Positions 46,743 to 55,507 of a DNA stretch of 64,000 nucleotides are shown here, in pieces. A program made the translations under genes and the position numbers. Location: the NCBI GenBank assembly GCA_011525805.1, contig WYBR01000013.1, positions 64,768 to 128,767 of the forward strand. The letters run 5' to 3'. Each line of letters opens with the position of its first letter. Within the stretch, counting starts at the first letter, position 1. This stretch comes from Vicinamibacteraceae bacterium. GTDB taxonomy: Bacteria > Planctomycetota > Phycisphaerae > Phycisphaerales > UBA5793. The notes below the pieces were generated by a model that made no database searches, was not told the DNA's origin, and was given only the letters and a program-made list of their open reading frames with translations.

Positions 46743-49133
46743 TCACGGCCCGGCGAGGCGATTGTCGCGCGCCGCGTCGAGCGCGTCAACCACCTGCTGC
46801 GACGTGTAGGCGTTGGAGAGCCACGGCTCGTCCTTGCCGGGGGTGTAGATCGCCAGCAGCGGTACGCCCGGCTGACCCAATTCGCTGAGGAGATCCCACC
46901 CCGGCGCTTTGGTGCTCGTGACGTCGACGTGAAACCGCGCGACATCAGCGCCGCTGATCTCACTCATTACCGGGTCGGCATTGAAGAACTCCCGCAGAAG
47001 CCTATTCGATATGTCCCATTCACCGCTGAAGTAGAGCACGACGATCTTGCCTTGCGCGCGCGCGGCCTGCACCGCTTCGGGCGTCCAGTCATCCCAGGCC
47101 AGTTCACGGTCCTTGCGGGCGGCGGCGATGGCGTCGATGACCTGCTGGGAGGTGTACCAGTTGGAAAGCCAAGGTTGATCGACCCCGGGGGTGTAGATCG
47201 CCAGAAGGGGAATGCCGGTCTGGCCGAGTTCGGCGAGGAAGGCGTTGCCGGGGGCGGTCGTGCTCGTGAGGTCGACGATGAACTTCACCACGTCGTCGCT
47301 GTTCAGTTCGCTCTTCACGGGGTCCTTGTTGAGGACGGTGGCCTTGATGACTTTGCAGTTGAGGCACCAGTCGGCGGTGAAGTCGAGCGCGACGATCTTC
47401 CCGTCGGCGCGGGCCTTGTCGAACGCCTCGGGGGTCCATTCGTTCCACACGCCGTGGATGTAGGCGGCCTCGCCGCGGGCAAGCGCGTTCTGGCGGGTTT
47501 GCCAGTCTTCGCGCGCGCTGGCGGTGGAGTCCATTGCGTAGAGCAGGGCGAGCCCGCCGATGAAGATCCCGGTCAGCGTGAAGGCGAGCCGCGGGCCCGG
47601 GCGGCGGGTGATCTGGAAGGTGCGGACGATCAGCCAGATTCCGGCCAGGCCGCAGAAGAGGGCGATGGCCCAGTTGCGCAGTTCGTGGCCGAGATAGGGC
47701 TTCTCATGCACGAGGGCGTTGAGCCCGGCGCCGATGAAGAACGCCGCGGCCGCGAGCAGCAGCAGCCCCATGACCTGCTTGACGAGTTCGCTCGCCGGGC
47801 CGGTGCGGGGCAGGCGTTCGAGCAGCCTCGGGTTGGCCGAGAGCACGATGTAAGGCAGGGCCATGCCGAGGCCCAGGAACGAGAAGATCGTCATGATGGT
47901 GGCGGGCGGCATCGCGGCCACGCCGACGAGCAGCGCGCCCGCCACAAAGCCGAAGCACGGCAGGCCGAGCACGCCCGTCATCACGCCGAACACGAACGAA
48001 CCCCATGCGGAGTCGGCGCGCGGGTTGACGGCATAGACCGACTGCGGCAACTGGATCGTGAACAGACCCATGATGCCCACGCCCATCAGCGCGATGACCA
48101 GCCCGATGCCCAGCGTGAGCCACCAGATGCCGAAGAGGCGCGACGGGTCGGTTACACCGCTGAAGAACGCCACCGGAACGCCCAGGGCGGACCAGAAGGC
48201 CACGACGCCCAGCGCCATCCAGATGCCCAGCACGAGGCTGCGCCCCGGATGATTCGCGTGCTGCATGATCGTCATGATCTTGATGGGGATGACCGGCAGC
48301 ACGCAGGGAGTGAGATTGAGGATAAAGCCGCCGAGCGCGGAGAGACTCGCAAGAACCAGGAGGTTCAGCAGGCCGCCGCTCTCTTCGGGCAGCGGAATGC
48401 CGAGGAAGGTGCGCCGCGCTGCGGGGGCAGCGGCGCCGCTCGCCGGCGCTATGGGGCCGGGCTCGCCGCCGGCATCGGGCTCAGCGCCCTCGCCGCCCGC
48501 GTCGGGAGAACCTCCCGCGCCGTCGCCGGGAGGTGTCGGACTCTCGCCCGTCCAGTCGGCCGCGGTCATGGCCGCTTCGAAGGCCGCCGCGAGCGAGGCG
48601 CTCGCGTTCGCTTCCACGGGCGCCCCGGGCTCGACGATGCGCACCGAGACGGAGAGGGTCTCATCGCGCGGCAGGTCGCAGGTCATGTCATCGCACGCCT
48701 GGTAGCCCACGATCAATGTCGCCGAATGCTCGCCGGGCGCGGCGTCGGGGGCGGCGGTGAAGGGGATGAAGACCAGCGCGCGGCCTTCGTAGACATCGAG
48801 CATCTCCTGCGCGCCGGGGGGGCCGAAGAGAACCTTGTGCGCCTTGGGCCACTGCTTGGCTCCCTGCGTCCAGCCGGCGGGGAGGACGACGTCCACCGTC
48901 GTGGGGATGTAGGTCTGCGGCTCCTCGGGCGAGCCTTTGCCGGGGTAGATGTGCCAGCGAGGCTCAATGTCGAGGACGACGGCCAGCGCGCCGCGGCCGC
49001 CCGGCTCGTAACCGCTGTGCGACCACTCGACCGAGACGCTGACCTTGCCGGGCCCCATCGGCGGCTGGGCGAGGGCGGCGGCCCCGGCGAGGGCGATGGT
49101 CACGACGAGCGTCACGAGGCGCCATGCAGTCAT
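46743..49133 (-). CDS. DsbD-like thiol:disulfide interchange protein with two C-terminal thioredoxin-like domains
   Basis: Only the last 796 codons of track ORF 46743..51302 are credible. ATG at 49133 (MTAWRLVTLVVTIALAGAAALA, signal). DsbD-N-like domain (YQACDDMTCDLP). TM core with LTPCVLPVIP and LGLPCFGF. Trx domain 1 has WCLNC; Trx domain 2 has WDIS instead. Confidence 0.85.
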   Translation of the reverse strand: MTAWRLVTLVVTIALAGAAALAQPPMGPGKVSVSVEWSHSGYEPGGRGALAVVLDIEPRWHIYPGKGSPEEPQTYIPTTVDVVLPAGWTQGAKQWPKAHKVLFGPPGAQEMLDVYEGRALVFIPFTAAPDAAPGEHSATLIVGYQACDDMTCDLPRDETLSVSVRIVEPGAPVEANASASLAAAFEAAMTAADWTGESPTPPGDGAGGSPDAGGEGAEPDAGGEPGPIAPASGAAAPAARRTFLGIPLPEESGGLLNLLVLASLSALGGFILNLTPCVLPVIPIKIMTIMQHANHPGRSLVLGIWMALGVVAFWSALGVPVAFFSGVTDPSRLFGIWWLTLGIGLVIALMGVGIMGLFTIQLPQSVYAVNPRADSAWGSFVFGVMTGVLGLPCFGFVAGALLVGVAAMPPATIMTIFSFLGLGMALPYIVLSANPRLLERLPRTGPASELVKQVMGLLLLAAAAFFIGAGLNALVHEKPYLGHELRNWAIALFCGLAGIWLIVRTFQITRRPGPRLAFTLTGIFIGGLALLYAMDSTASAREDWQTRQNALARGEAAYIHGVWNEWTPEAFDKARADGKIVALDFTADWCLNCKVIKATVLNKDPVKSELNSDDVVKFIVDLTSTTAPGNAFLAELGQTGIPLLAIYTPGVDQPWLSNWYTSQQVIDAIAAARKDRELAWDDWTPEAVQAARAQGKIVVLYFSGEWDISNRLLREFFNADPVMSEISGADVARFHVDVTSTKAPGWDLLSELGQPGVPLLAIYTPGKDEPWLSNAYTSQQVVDALDAARDNRLAGP

Positions 49134-49301
49134 TGCCGTGATTCTCCCGGAGGATAAGGATGCGGATGCGCCGCAGCAGCAGTATAGGAAGAAGGCAGGT
49201 CTGCTACGAGCGGCCGGGGCGGGGGGTTCAAGTGGACCCTTGAAGGTGTCCGATAAACGCCTTGCAACCGCGCGCTGATTCCGCGCGCCGGCCGGCCCGC
49301 C

Positions 49302-50318
49302 ATGAACGACGTCCTCGATCAATCCGACATTGACGCCCTCCTCGCCGCGGTGGACTCGGGAGACATCGAGGAGGAGACCACGGCCGGGCAACTCTTCTCG
49401 CGCCACCGCCGCGACCTCGATCAGGTCGAAATCCGCCCCTACGACTTCAAGCGCCCCGAGCGCGTCTCGAAGGAGCAGATGCGCTCCCTTGAGACCCTGC
49501 ACGAGTCCTTCGGGCGCATCTTCGGCGCGGCGATCTCCGGCTTCATCCGCACCATCGTCGAGGTGAAGGTCGCCACGGCCGAGCAGATGACCTACTCCGA
49601 GTTCATCTCCAGCCTGCCCAACCCGACGGCCTTCAACCTGATCCGCGCCGAGCAACTCGAAGGCATGATCTGCCTCGAACTCAGCCCCCTCATCGTCTAC
49701 CCGCTGGTGGACCGCATGCTCGGCGGGGCGAGCAACGAACTGTTCATCCCCCAGCGTGCTCTGACCGTCATCGAAATCCGCCTGCTCGGCGTCGTGCTGT
49801 CCCGCGCTCTCAAAGGGCTGAGCGAGGCGTGGGAGGGCATCCGCAAACTCGACTTCACCCTCGTCGAGACGGAGAGCAATCCGCACCTCGTGCAGATCGT
49901 CCCGCCCAACGAGGTCGTCGTCGTGATCGGCTTTGAAATCAAGATGGGCGCGCGGGCGGGGACGATGAATCTGTGCATCCCCTTCAACGTCATTGAGCCG
50001 CTCATGCCCGAACTCAGCGCGCAGTCGTGGTTCAACGTGCAGCGCGACGCGGATGATGTCGAGTTCGCCAAGCGGATCGCCGAGTCGCTTTCGGGGGCGG
50101 TGCTGTCGGTGGGCGGGACGCTGGCGGAGACGACGCTGACGCTCGACGACCTGATGAACCTGTCGGTGGGCGATCTGGTCGTGACCGACAAGCCGGCGGT
50201 GCAGCCGGTGGTGCTGACGGTCGAGGGCGAAAAGAAGATGCTCGCCCACATCGGCCAGCACCGGGGAAACCGGGCGCTGAAGATCACGCGCCCGATCCGG
50301 GCCGATGACCGCGTGTAG
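49302..50318 (+). CDS. fliM: Flagellar motor switch protein FliM
   Basis: MNDVLDQSDIDALL (CheY-P-binding-type N-terminus), IRPYDFKRPERVSKEQMRSLETLHESF, CIPFNVIEPL, and a C-terminal SpoA-like LSVGDLVVTDK. 338 aa. Confidence 0.88.
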   Translation: MNDVLDQSDIDALLAAVDSGDIEEETTAGQLFSRHRRDLDQVEIRPYDFKRPERVSKEQMRSLETLHESFGRIFGAAISGFIRTIVEVKVATAEQMTYSEFISSLPNPTAFNLIRAEQLEGMICLELSPLIVYPLVDRMLGGASNELFIPQRALTVIEIRLLGVVLSRALKGLSEAWEGIRKLDFTLVETESNPHLVQIVPPNEVVVVIGFEIKMGARAGTMNLCIPFNVIEPLMPELSAQSWFNVQRDADDVEFAKRIAESLSGAVLSVGGTLAETTLTLDDLMNLSVGDLVVTDKPAVQPVVLTVEGEKKMLAHIGQHRGNRALKITRPIRADDRV

Positions 50319-50432
50319 GCACGCATGCGCAGTGAAGAGAACCTGACGTCCGCGATGAGCGGGTCTTTGTGCGAACCGCGGCGTGCGTTCGCGCCATTGA
50401 CGTTGCCCGCCACGCGGCGATGATCCTCTGAC

Positions 50433-51224
50433 ATGGATGCGACCTACGACCCGGCGGCGCTGAGCGTGGCGATCATCGCCTGCGACAACGAGGCCACCAT
50501 CGCGCGCACCATCGAGAGCGTGCGCGGCCTCGCCGGGCGCATCGTCGTCGTCGATTCCGGCTCGACCGACCGCACGCGGGAGATCAGCCGCGACCTCGGC
50601 GCGGAGGTCATTGAGCACGAGTGGGAAGGGCACGTGCGGCAGAAGCAGTTCGCCCTCGACCAGTGCGACACGCCCTGGGTGCTCAGCCTCGACAGCGACG
50701 AGTCGGTGAGCGAGGAACTCGCCGGCGAGATCCGCCGCGTGGTGATGAGCGATGATCCGCACGTGGCAGGGTGCGAAGTGAACCGGCGGGTGTGGTTCGC
50801 GGGTCGCGAGTTGCGCTACACCTGGCAGCCGGAGTGGCGCACCCGGCTGGTGCGGCCGCAGTGCGCCAAGTGGGCGGGCTACGACCCGCACGACCGGCTG
50901 GATGTTTCGGGGCCGACGAAGAAGTTGCGCGGCGTGCTGCGGCACGACGCCTTTGCCGACGTGCGCGAACTTCTTCGCAAGCAGATCAACCACGGGCTGC
51001 ACGCGGGGGAGAGTTATCACGCGATGGGTCGGCGGGGGTCGGTGCTGAAACTCGCCTGCTCGCCGACCGCCGCGATTCTCAAGCAACTGGTGCTCAAGTT
51101 CGCCTGGCTGGACGGCTGGCCGGGCTGGGCGTGCGCGATCGGCGCGGGGATGAGCACGGCGGCGAAGCAGATGCGCCTGCTCGAACTGGCCAGCCAGTCC
51201 CGGCGCACGGGCGGGCGGCCGTGA
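50433..51224 (+). CDS. Family 2 glycosyltransferase (LPS-core type)
   Basis: LSVAIIACDNEATIARTIESV...VVVDSGSTDRTREI...VLSLDSDE shows the GT-A fold with DxD. Confidence 0.8.
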   Translation: MDATYDPAALSVAIIACDNEATIARTIESVRGLAGRIVVVDSGSTDRTREISRDLGAEVIEHEWEGHVRQKQFALDQCDTPWVLSLDSDESVSEELAGEIRRVVMSDDPHVAGCEVNRRVWFAGRELRYTWQPEWRTRLVRPQCAKWAGYDPHDRLDVSGPTKKLRGVLRHDAFADVRELLRKQINHGLHAGESYHAMGRRGSVLKLACSPTAAILKQLVLKFAWLDGWPGWACAIGAGMSTAAKQMRLLELASQSRRTGGRP

Positions 51225-52669
51225 GCGAACCTGAACAGAGCGGAGCGCTCCGTCGCCCCGCGCCGGATGATGCGCGCGGGCTGATCGAGTGGGGCCGGAC
51301 ACGCGATCCGCGCGGCGACCGGGCGCACGTGGCGCTGACCGCGCTGGCGCTGTTCGCGCTTCCGCTGGGCACGACGACGTTCGCCATCGCGTTCGGCGTC
51401 GCGCTGGGATACTCGCTGCTGCGCCTGTGGGCGACGGGGCCGGCGGTCGGCTACCTGCTGTTCCGCGTGCCGCTCGTGTGGGTGTTGATGGCGATGATCG
51501 CGTGGACGGGTCTTTCGGTCCTCTGGTCCGTCGATCGATCGCAGGCGTGGGATGAGTTCGCCATTCTGCGATTCCAGGTTCCCGCGCTCATTCTCCTCTG
51601 GCCGGTGATCGATCGCTGGCGGTCGCTGGTGCTGGCGCTCGCGGCGGGCGCGGCGCTGGCGGCGGTGATTCAGGTCGGCCAGTTCGCGTTGGGCGAGTCC
51701 TGGCCGCTGGCGCTGTGGTGGCACGGCGAGCGAATCGCGGGACGATACCCGGGCCTGCTTCACCCAAACCTGACGGCGGTGCTCGCCCTCGCCGCGCTGT
51801 TCATGCTGCCGCGGCTGGCGATCGAACCGCCGTCGCGGTGGCGGCGGGTCTTCCCGCTGTGGCCCGCGGCGCTGCTGAGCCTGATCCTCACGGGCAGCCG
51901 CGGCTGCTGGATCGCCGCGCTCGCGGGAACCATCGTCGCCATCCCGCAGATCGGGCTGTGCGCCCGCGCGATTACAAGATCGCGGGCGACGGGACGCCAC
52001 AAGGGTCCGCCGCGCGACGCGTATTCGATGAGGCTCAGGCGTGTGCTCGGCCTGGTGCTGGCCATTGCGGCCATCGGGCTGGGGTTGCTGCTCGCTCCGC
52101 TCGTGACGACTCGCCTCCGCGACGGCGTCGGCCAGATGCGTGCGGCGATCGAGCAGGGCGACTACTCCGGCGACGTCGCCGCGCGCTGGCGGCAGGTCGA
52201 GATCAGCATGGCGCTCTGTCGGGAGAGGCCGCTCACCGGAGTCGGCGCCGGCGGCTATCACTTCGCCGCTCGGGAGTACGTCGCGAGACTCGCCGAACCG
52301 GAATCGACAGCGCCCCAAGGGACACTCCCCGCCGCGAGAGGGACCACCGGCCTGCTGACGCATCCGCACAGCGCGCTGCTCTATTACGCCGCGGTGCTGG
52401 GCCTTCCGGGGCTGGCCCTGATGCTGGGGTTCTGGATCCTGTTGTTCGTCAGTGACCGAACGGGCAGCAGACGACAAGGCACGCGCCTGACCCACGCGCC
52501 GGCCCTCGCGGCCCTCTTCGCGGCCTTCACGCTCGATTGCCAGAACCTCTCGGCGCCGGGTACGATCGCGGTGATGCTGCTTACATCCATCATTCTGTAC
52601 CGCCGCTGCGCCGGGGAACCATCCGGTGCGGCGGGCGGGCGCGACGCTGCGAGCGAGCCATGCGCCTGA
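51221..52669 (+). CDS. O-antigen ligase (Wzy_C)-family polytopic membrane protein
   Basis: GTG at 51221 overlaps the GT2 stop (GTGA). About 10 TM helices. LTGSRGCWIAALAG and HPHSALLYYAAVLGLPGL resemble O-antigen ligase/polymerase loop motifs. The start is uncertain. Confidence 0.65.
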   Translation: MSEPEQSGALRRPAPDDARGLIEWGRTRDPRGDRAHVALTALALFALPLGTTTFAIAFGVALGYSLLRLWATGPAVGYLLFRVPLVWVLMAMIAWTGLSVLWSVDRSQAWDEFAILRFQVPALILLWPVIDRWRSLVLALAAGAALAAVIQVGQFALGESWPLALWWHGERIAGRYPGLLHPNLTAVLALAALFMLPRLAIEPPSRWRRVFPLWPAALLSLILTGSRGCWIAALAGTIVAIPQIGLCARAITRSRATGRHKGPPRDAYSMRLRRVLGLVLAIAAIGLGLLLAPLVTTRLRDGVGQMRAAIEQGDYSGDVAARWRQVEISMALCRERPLTGVGAGGYHFAAREYVARLAEPESTAPQGTLPAARGTTGLLTHPHSALLYYAAVLGLPGLALMLGFWILLFVSDRTGSRRQGTRLTHAPALAALFAAFTLDCQNLSAPGTIAVMLLTSIILYRRCAGEPSGAAGGRDAASEPCA

Positions 52670-53808
52670 TCCTCGCCTTTGAGCACGTTCGGCGCTTCGT
52701 CGGCGCGCACGCGCAGGTGGTGACGGAACTGGCGCAGCGCCTCGGGCGGCGCGGGCACGAGGTGACGATCCTCTGCGACACGGTGACGGACCCGGCGCTG
52801 TACCCGGACCTGCACTTCATCGCGCGGCGGCCGTTTCACGTCGGCGGATCGCACCGGCCAGCCATGCTCCATTTCTGGGCGCGGCGTGTTCTCGCCTCGC
52901 GGCCTCACGATCTCGTGCTGTCCTTCCATCCGGCGATCGCAGGGGAGGTGATGGTTCCGCTGTTCGGATTCGACTTCGGGCCGGACCGCGTGCGTCGCGG
53001 CGGATGGCGGAGCCTGGCGCAGTGGTTCGACCCGCGCCGGATGGAATCGCGATGGATCGGCCGTCGCTCGCGGCGCGATGGGCGGGTACGTTGCGTGGCG
53101 GCGCTGAGCGAGGGGATGCGCGAGTCGCTGCTCGACGCGGCGCCGGAGATCGAGGGGCTGTTGCGGCTCGTGCCGGGGGCGTCGCCGATCGAGCCGCCGG
53201 CCGAGGACGCCGCCCGCCGCGCCCTGGGCGAGGAGACCCGGGCGATCCTGCGCCTTGAGCCGACGGACATCGTCTTTCTGTGGGCGGCCAAGGCGCCGCA
53301 CCAGAAGGGAGGCGCGGCGGTGCTCCGCGCGTTCTCCGAAGTCGCGGCGCTGGGGCATCCTTCCGCGCGGCTCATCATGGCGTGCGAAGACCCCTGGCCG
53401 ATGCACGACCTCGCCGTCGATCTCGACTGCGACGAACGCCTGCGCCTCGTCTCGCGCACGCGGGAGATGGAGCGGCTGCTGGCGGCGGCGGACATCGGCG
53501 TGATGCCGGCGGAGCGGTCGATGCTGGGGCGCTTTGTCTGGGAATGCCTGGCGTTCGGCGTGCCGGTGATCGCCAACACGAAGACCGCGGGCACGGAGCG
53601 GATGCGCGATCCGCAGGAGCGCGTCGCGGGTCGCGTCGTCTCCTCGACGAGGCCGGAGGCGCTGCGCGAGGCGATGATCGGCCTGCTCAACGCGGCGCAT
53701 CTCGATGCCGCCCGGCGCTCGGCCCAGGCGATCGCCCCTTCGATGCGCTTTGATCTCTTTGTGGATCGGATCGAGGCGCTGGCGCGGGAGTTCGCACGGC
53801 GGCGGTGA
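52660..53808 (+). CDS. Family 4 glycosyltransferase (GT-B, RfaG-like)
   Basis: Track ORF trimmed to the ATG at 52660 (MRLILAFEHVRRFVGAHAQVVTELAQRLGRRGHEVTIL). C-terminal E-x7-E-like region (PAERSMLGRFVWECLAFGVPVI). Overlaps the ligase gene by 10 nt. Confidence 0.8.
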   Translation: MRLILAFEHVRRFVGAHAQVVTELAQRLGRRGHEVTILCDTVTDPALYPDLHFIARRPFHVGGSHRPAMLHFWARRVLASRPHDLVLSFHPAIAGEVMVPLFGFDFGPDRVRRGGWRSLAQWFDPRRMESRWIGRRSRRDGRVRCVAALSEGMRESLLDAAPEIEGLLRLVPGASPIEPPAEDAARRALGEETRAILRLEPTDIVFLWAAKAPHQKGGAAVLRAFSEVAALGHPSARLIMACEDPWPMHDLAVDLDCDERLRLVSRTREMERLLAAADIGVMPAERSMLGRFVWECLAFGVPVIANTKTAGTERMRDPQERVAGRVVSSTRPEALREAMIGLLNAAHLDAARRSAQAIAPSMRFDLFVDRIEALAREFARRR

Positions 53809-53896
53809 TGGTCCCGCGGCCGGCGGGGATGGATAATGTCACGGCCGCGGGGCGCGGCGACGCCGCGCCGGCCTCCTCGAAGGAAAGGATTGTCCC

Positions 53897-54877
53897 ATGA
53901 AACTCGGCGTGATGGCAGCGCTCTTCACCGGAATGAAGTTCGAGCAGGCGCTGGACTATTGCGCTGAGATGGGTCTCGACGCCATCGAACTGCCTGTGGG
54001 CGGCTACCCGGGCAAGCCCTTCTTCGACCCCGACAAGGTCAACTCCAGCGCCAAACTCGTGGACGAGATCAAGGGTCAACTCAAGGAGCGCGGCCTCGAA
54101 GTCTCCGGCCTGGCGGTGCACGGCAATCCCGTCTCGCCCGTCAAGGCCGCCGCGAAGAAGGACCACGCCGACTTCCTCACCGCCTGCGAACTTGCCGGAA
54201 AGCTCGGCACGGACACCATCATCACCTTCTCCGGATGCCCCGGCGGGAGCAACCGCGACACGATGCCCAACTGGGTGACGTGCGCCTGGCCGCCGGAGTT
54301 CGGCGCGATTCTCAAGTATCAGTGGGAGGAGGTGCTCATTCCCTACTGGAGCGAGCAGTCGAAACTCTGCCGCAAACTCGGCGTGAAGGTGGCGTGGGAG
54401 GCGCATCCCGGTTTCAGCGTTTACAACCCCGACACGCTGATGCGCCTGAGCGAGGCGTGCTGCGGCAAGGGCAAGGCGAACCTCGGCGCCAACCTCGACC
54501 CCTCCCACTTCTTCTGGCAGGGCATCGATCCCGTCGAGGCCGCCCGCGTCCTCGGCGAGGCGGGATTGCTCTTCTACTGCCACGCCAAGGACACCGCCAT
54601 CGACCCCCACCAGACGCGACTCAACGGCACGCTCGACACGCGCTCCTACGGCGATCTGCACCGGCGCTCCTGGGTCTTTCGCACGTGCGGCTACGGGCAC
54701 GGCGACGAGTTCTGGAAGCCCTTCATCTCCATGCTCCGCCGCCAGGGCTACGACGGCGTGCTCTCCATCGAGCACGAAGACTCCTACATGTCGGTCAACG
54801 AGGGATTCGAGAAGGCGGTCGAGTATCTCTCGGGCGTGATGATGTCCGAACCGGTCGGGAAGGCGTGGTGGTACTGA
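53897..54877 (+). CDS. Sugar phosphate isomerase/epimerase (xylose-isomerase-like TIM barrel)
   Basis: 326 aa. MKLGVMAALF...ALDYCAEMGLDAIEL...WEAHPG...HAKD...SIEHED follows the AP_endonuc_2/TIM pattern. Confidence 0.8.
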   Translation: MKLGVMAALFTGMKFEQALDYCAEMGLDAIELPVGGYPGKPFFDPDKVNSSAKLVDEIKGQLKERGLEVSGLAVHGNPVSPVKAAAKKDHADFLTACELAGKLGTDTIITFSGCPGGSNRDTMPNWVTCAWPPEFGAILKYQWEEVLIPYWSEQSKLCRKLGVKVAWEAHPGFSVYNPDTLMRLSEACCGKGKANLGANLDPSHFFWQGIDPVEAARVLGEAGLLFYCHAKDTAIDPHQTRLNGTLDTRSYGDLHRRSWVFRTCGYGHGDEFWKPFISMLRRQGYDGVLSIEHEDSYMSVNEGFEKAVEYLSGVMMSEPVGKAWWY

Positions 54878-54928
54878 GGCAGAGGCATCCAGGGATCGGG
54901 GAATTTGGGTAGCCGCGACGCGGAGGCT

Positions 54929-54957
54929 TTGCGCAGCGGAGCGCTCCGTCTGCGAAG
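54929..54957 (+). terminator. Imperfect hairpin downstream of the isomerase gene
   Basis: TTGCGCAGCGG-agcgct-CCGTCTGCGAA with one bulge, ~50 nt after the stop at 54877. No U-tract. Confidence 0.3.
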
Positions 54958-54993
54958 GGATCCCCGAACCGCCACACCGTGCGTGAGTTTCAC

Positions 54994-55455
54994 ATGACCC
55001 TGACCATCCGCCCTATCCGCGACGGTGAAGATGCGACCTGCGAGGCGATTCTCCGCGCCCTGCCCGAGTGGTTCGGCATCGAAAGCGCCCTGCTCGACTA
55101 CGTGCGCGACACGCGGACGATGCCGACGTGGCTCGCCGAGCGCGAGGGTGAAGCGATCGGGTTCATCACGACGCGCATTCACTTTCCGCGCGCGGCGGAG
55201 ATTCACTGCATGGCGGTGCGGCCGGCGCACCACCGCGCCGGCGCCGGCCGCGCACTGATCGAGTTCGTCGAGCGCGATCTCGCGCGGCAAGGCGTGCGGC
55301 TCTTGCAGGTCAAGACGCTCGGCCCTTCGCGCCCCTGCGCGCACTACGAGCGGACGCGGCGGTTCTACGAGGCGATGGGTTTCGTGCCGCTCGAGGAGTT
55401 CCCGACTCTCTGGCCGGGCAATCCGTGCCTGCTGCTGGTGAAGTCGATCGGCTGA
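54994..55455 (+). CDS. GNAT-family N-acetyltransferase
   Basis: IHCMAVRPAHHRAGAGRALIEFVE (motif A, R-x-x-G-x-G/A) and YERTRRFYEAMGF. Start at ATG 54994 (MTLTIRPIR...) preferred over 54979. Confidence 0.8.
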   Translation: MTLTIRPIRDGEDATCEAILRALPEWFGIESALLDYVRDTRTMPTWLAEREGEAIGFITTRIHFPRAAEIHCMAVRPAHHRAGAGRALIEFVERDLARQGVRLLQVKTLGPSRPCAHYERTRRFYEAMGFVPLEEFPTLWPGNPCLLLVKSIG

Positions 55456-55507
55456 AGGGCCGGCGCGCGACCGGGCTTCGGGCCGCGCGCCGGGTGGTTG
55501 GTCCGCC

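Noticed and set aside
51239-51254. 16-nt palindromic motif AGCGGAGCGCTCCGTC shared with 54935-54950
   Set aside because: By rough estimate, several exact 16-mer coincidences are expected in 64 kb at this base composition. One copy lies inside a coding region. It is not treated as a repeat family.
49134-51302. N-terminal 723 codons of the 1519-aa track ORF 46743..51302
   Set aside because: This part is antisense to fliM and the GT2 gene and is Arg/His/Pro-rich. The credible DsbD-like protein begins at the ATG at 49133 with a signal peptide.
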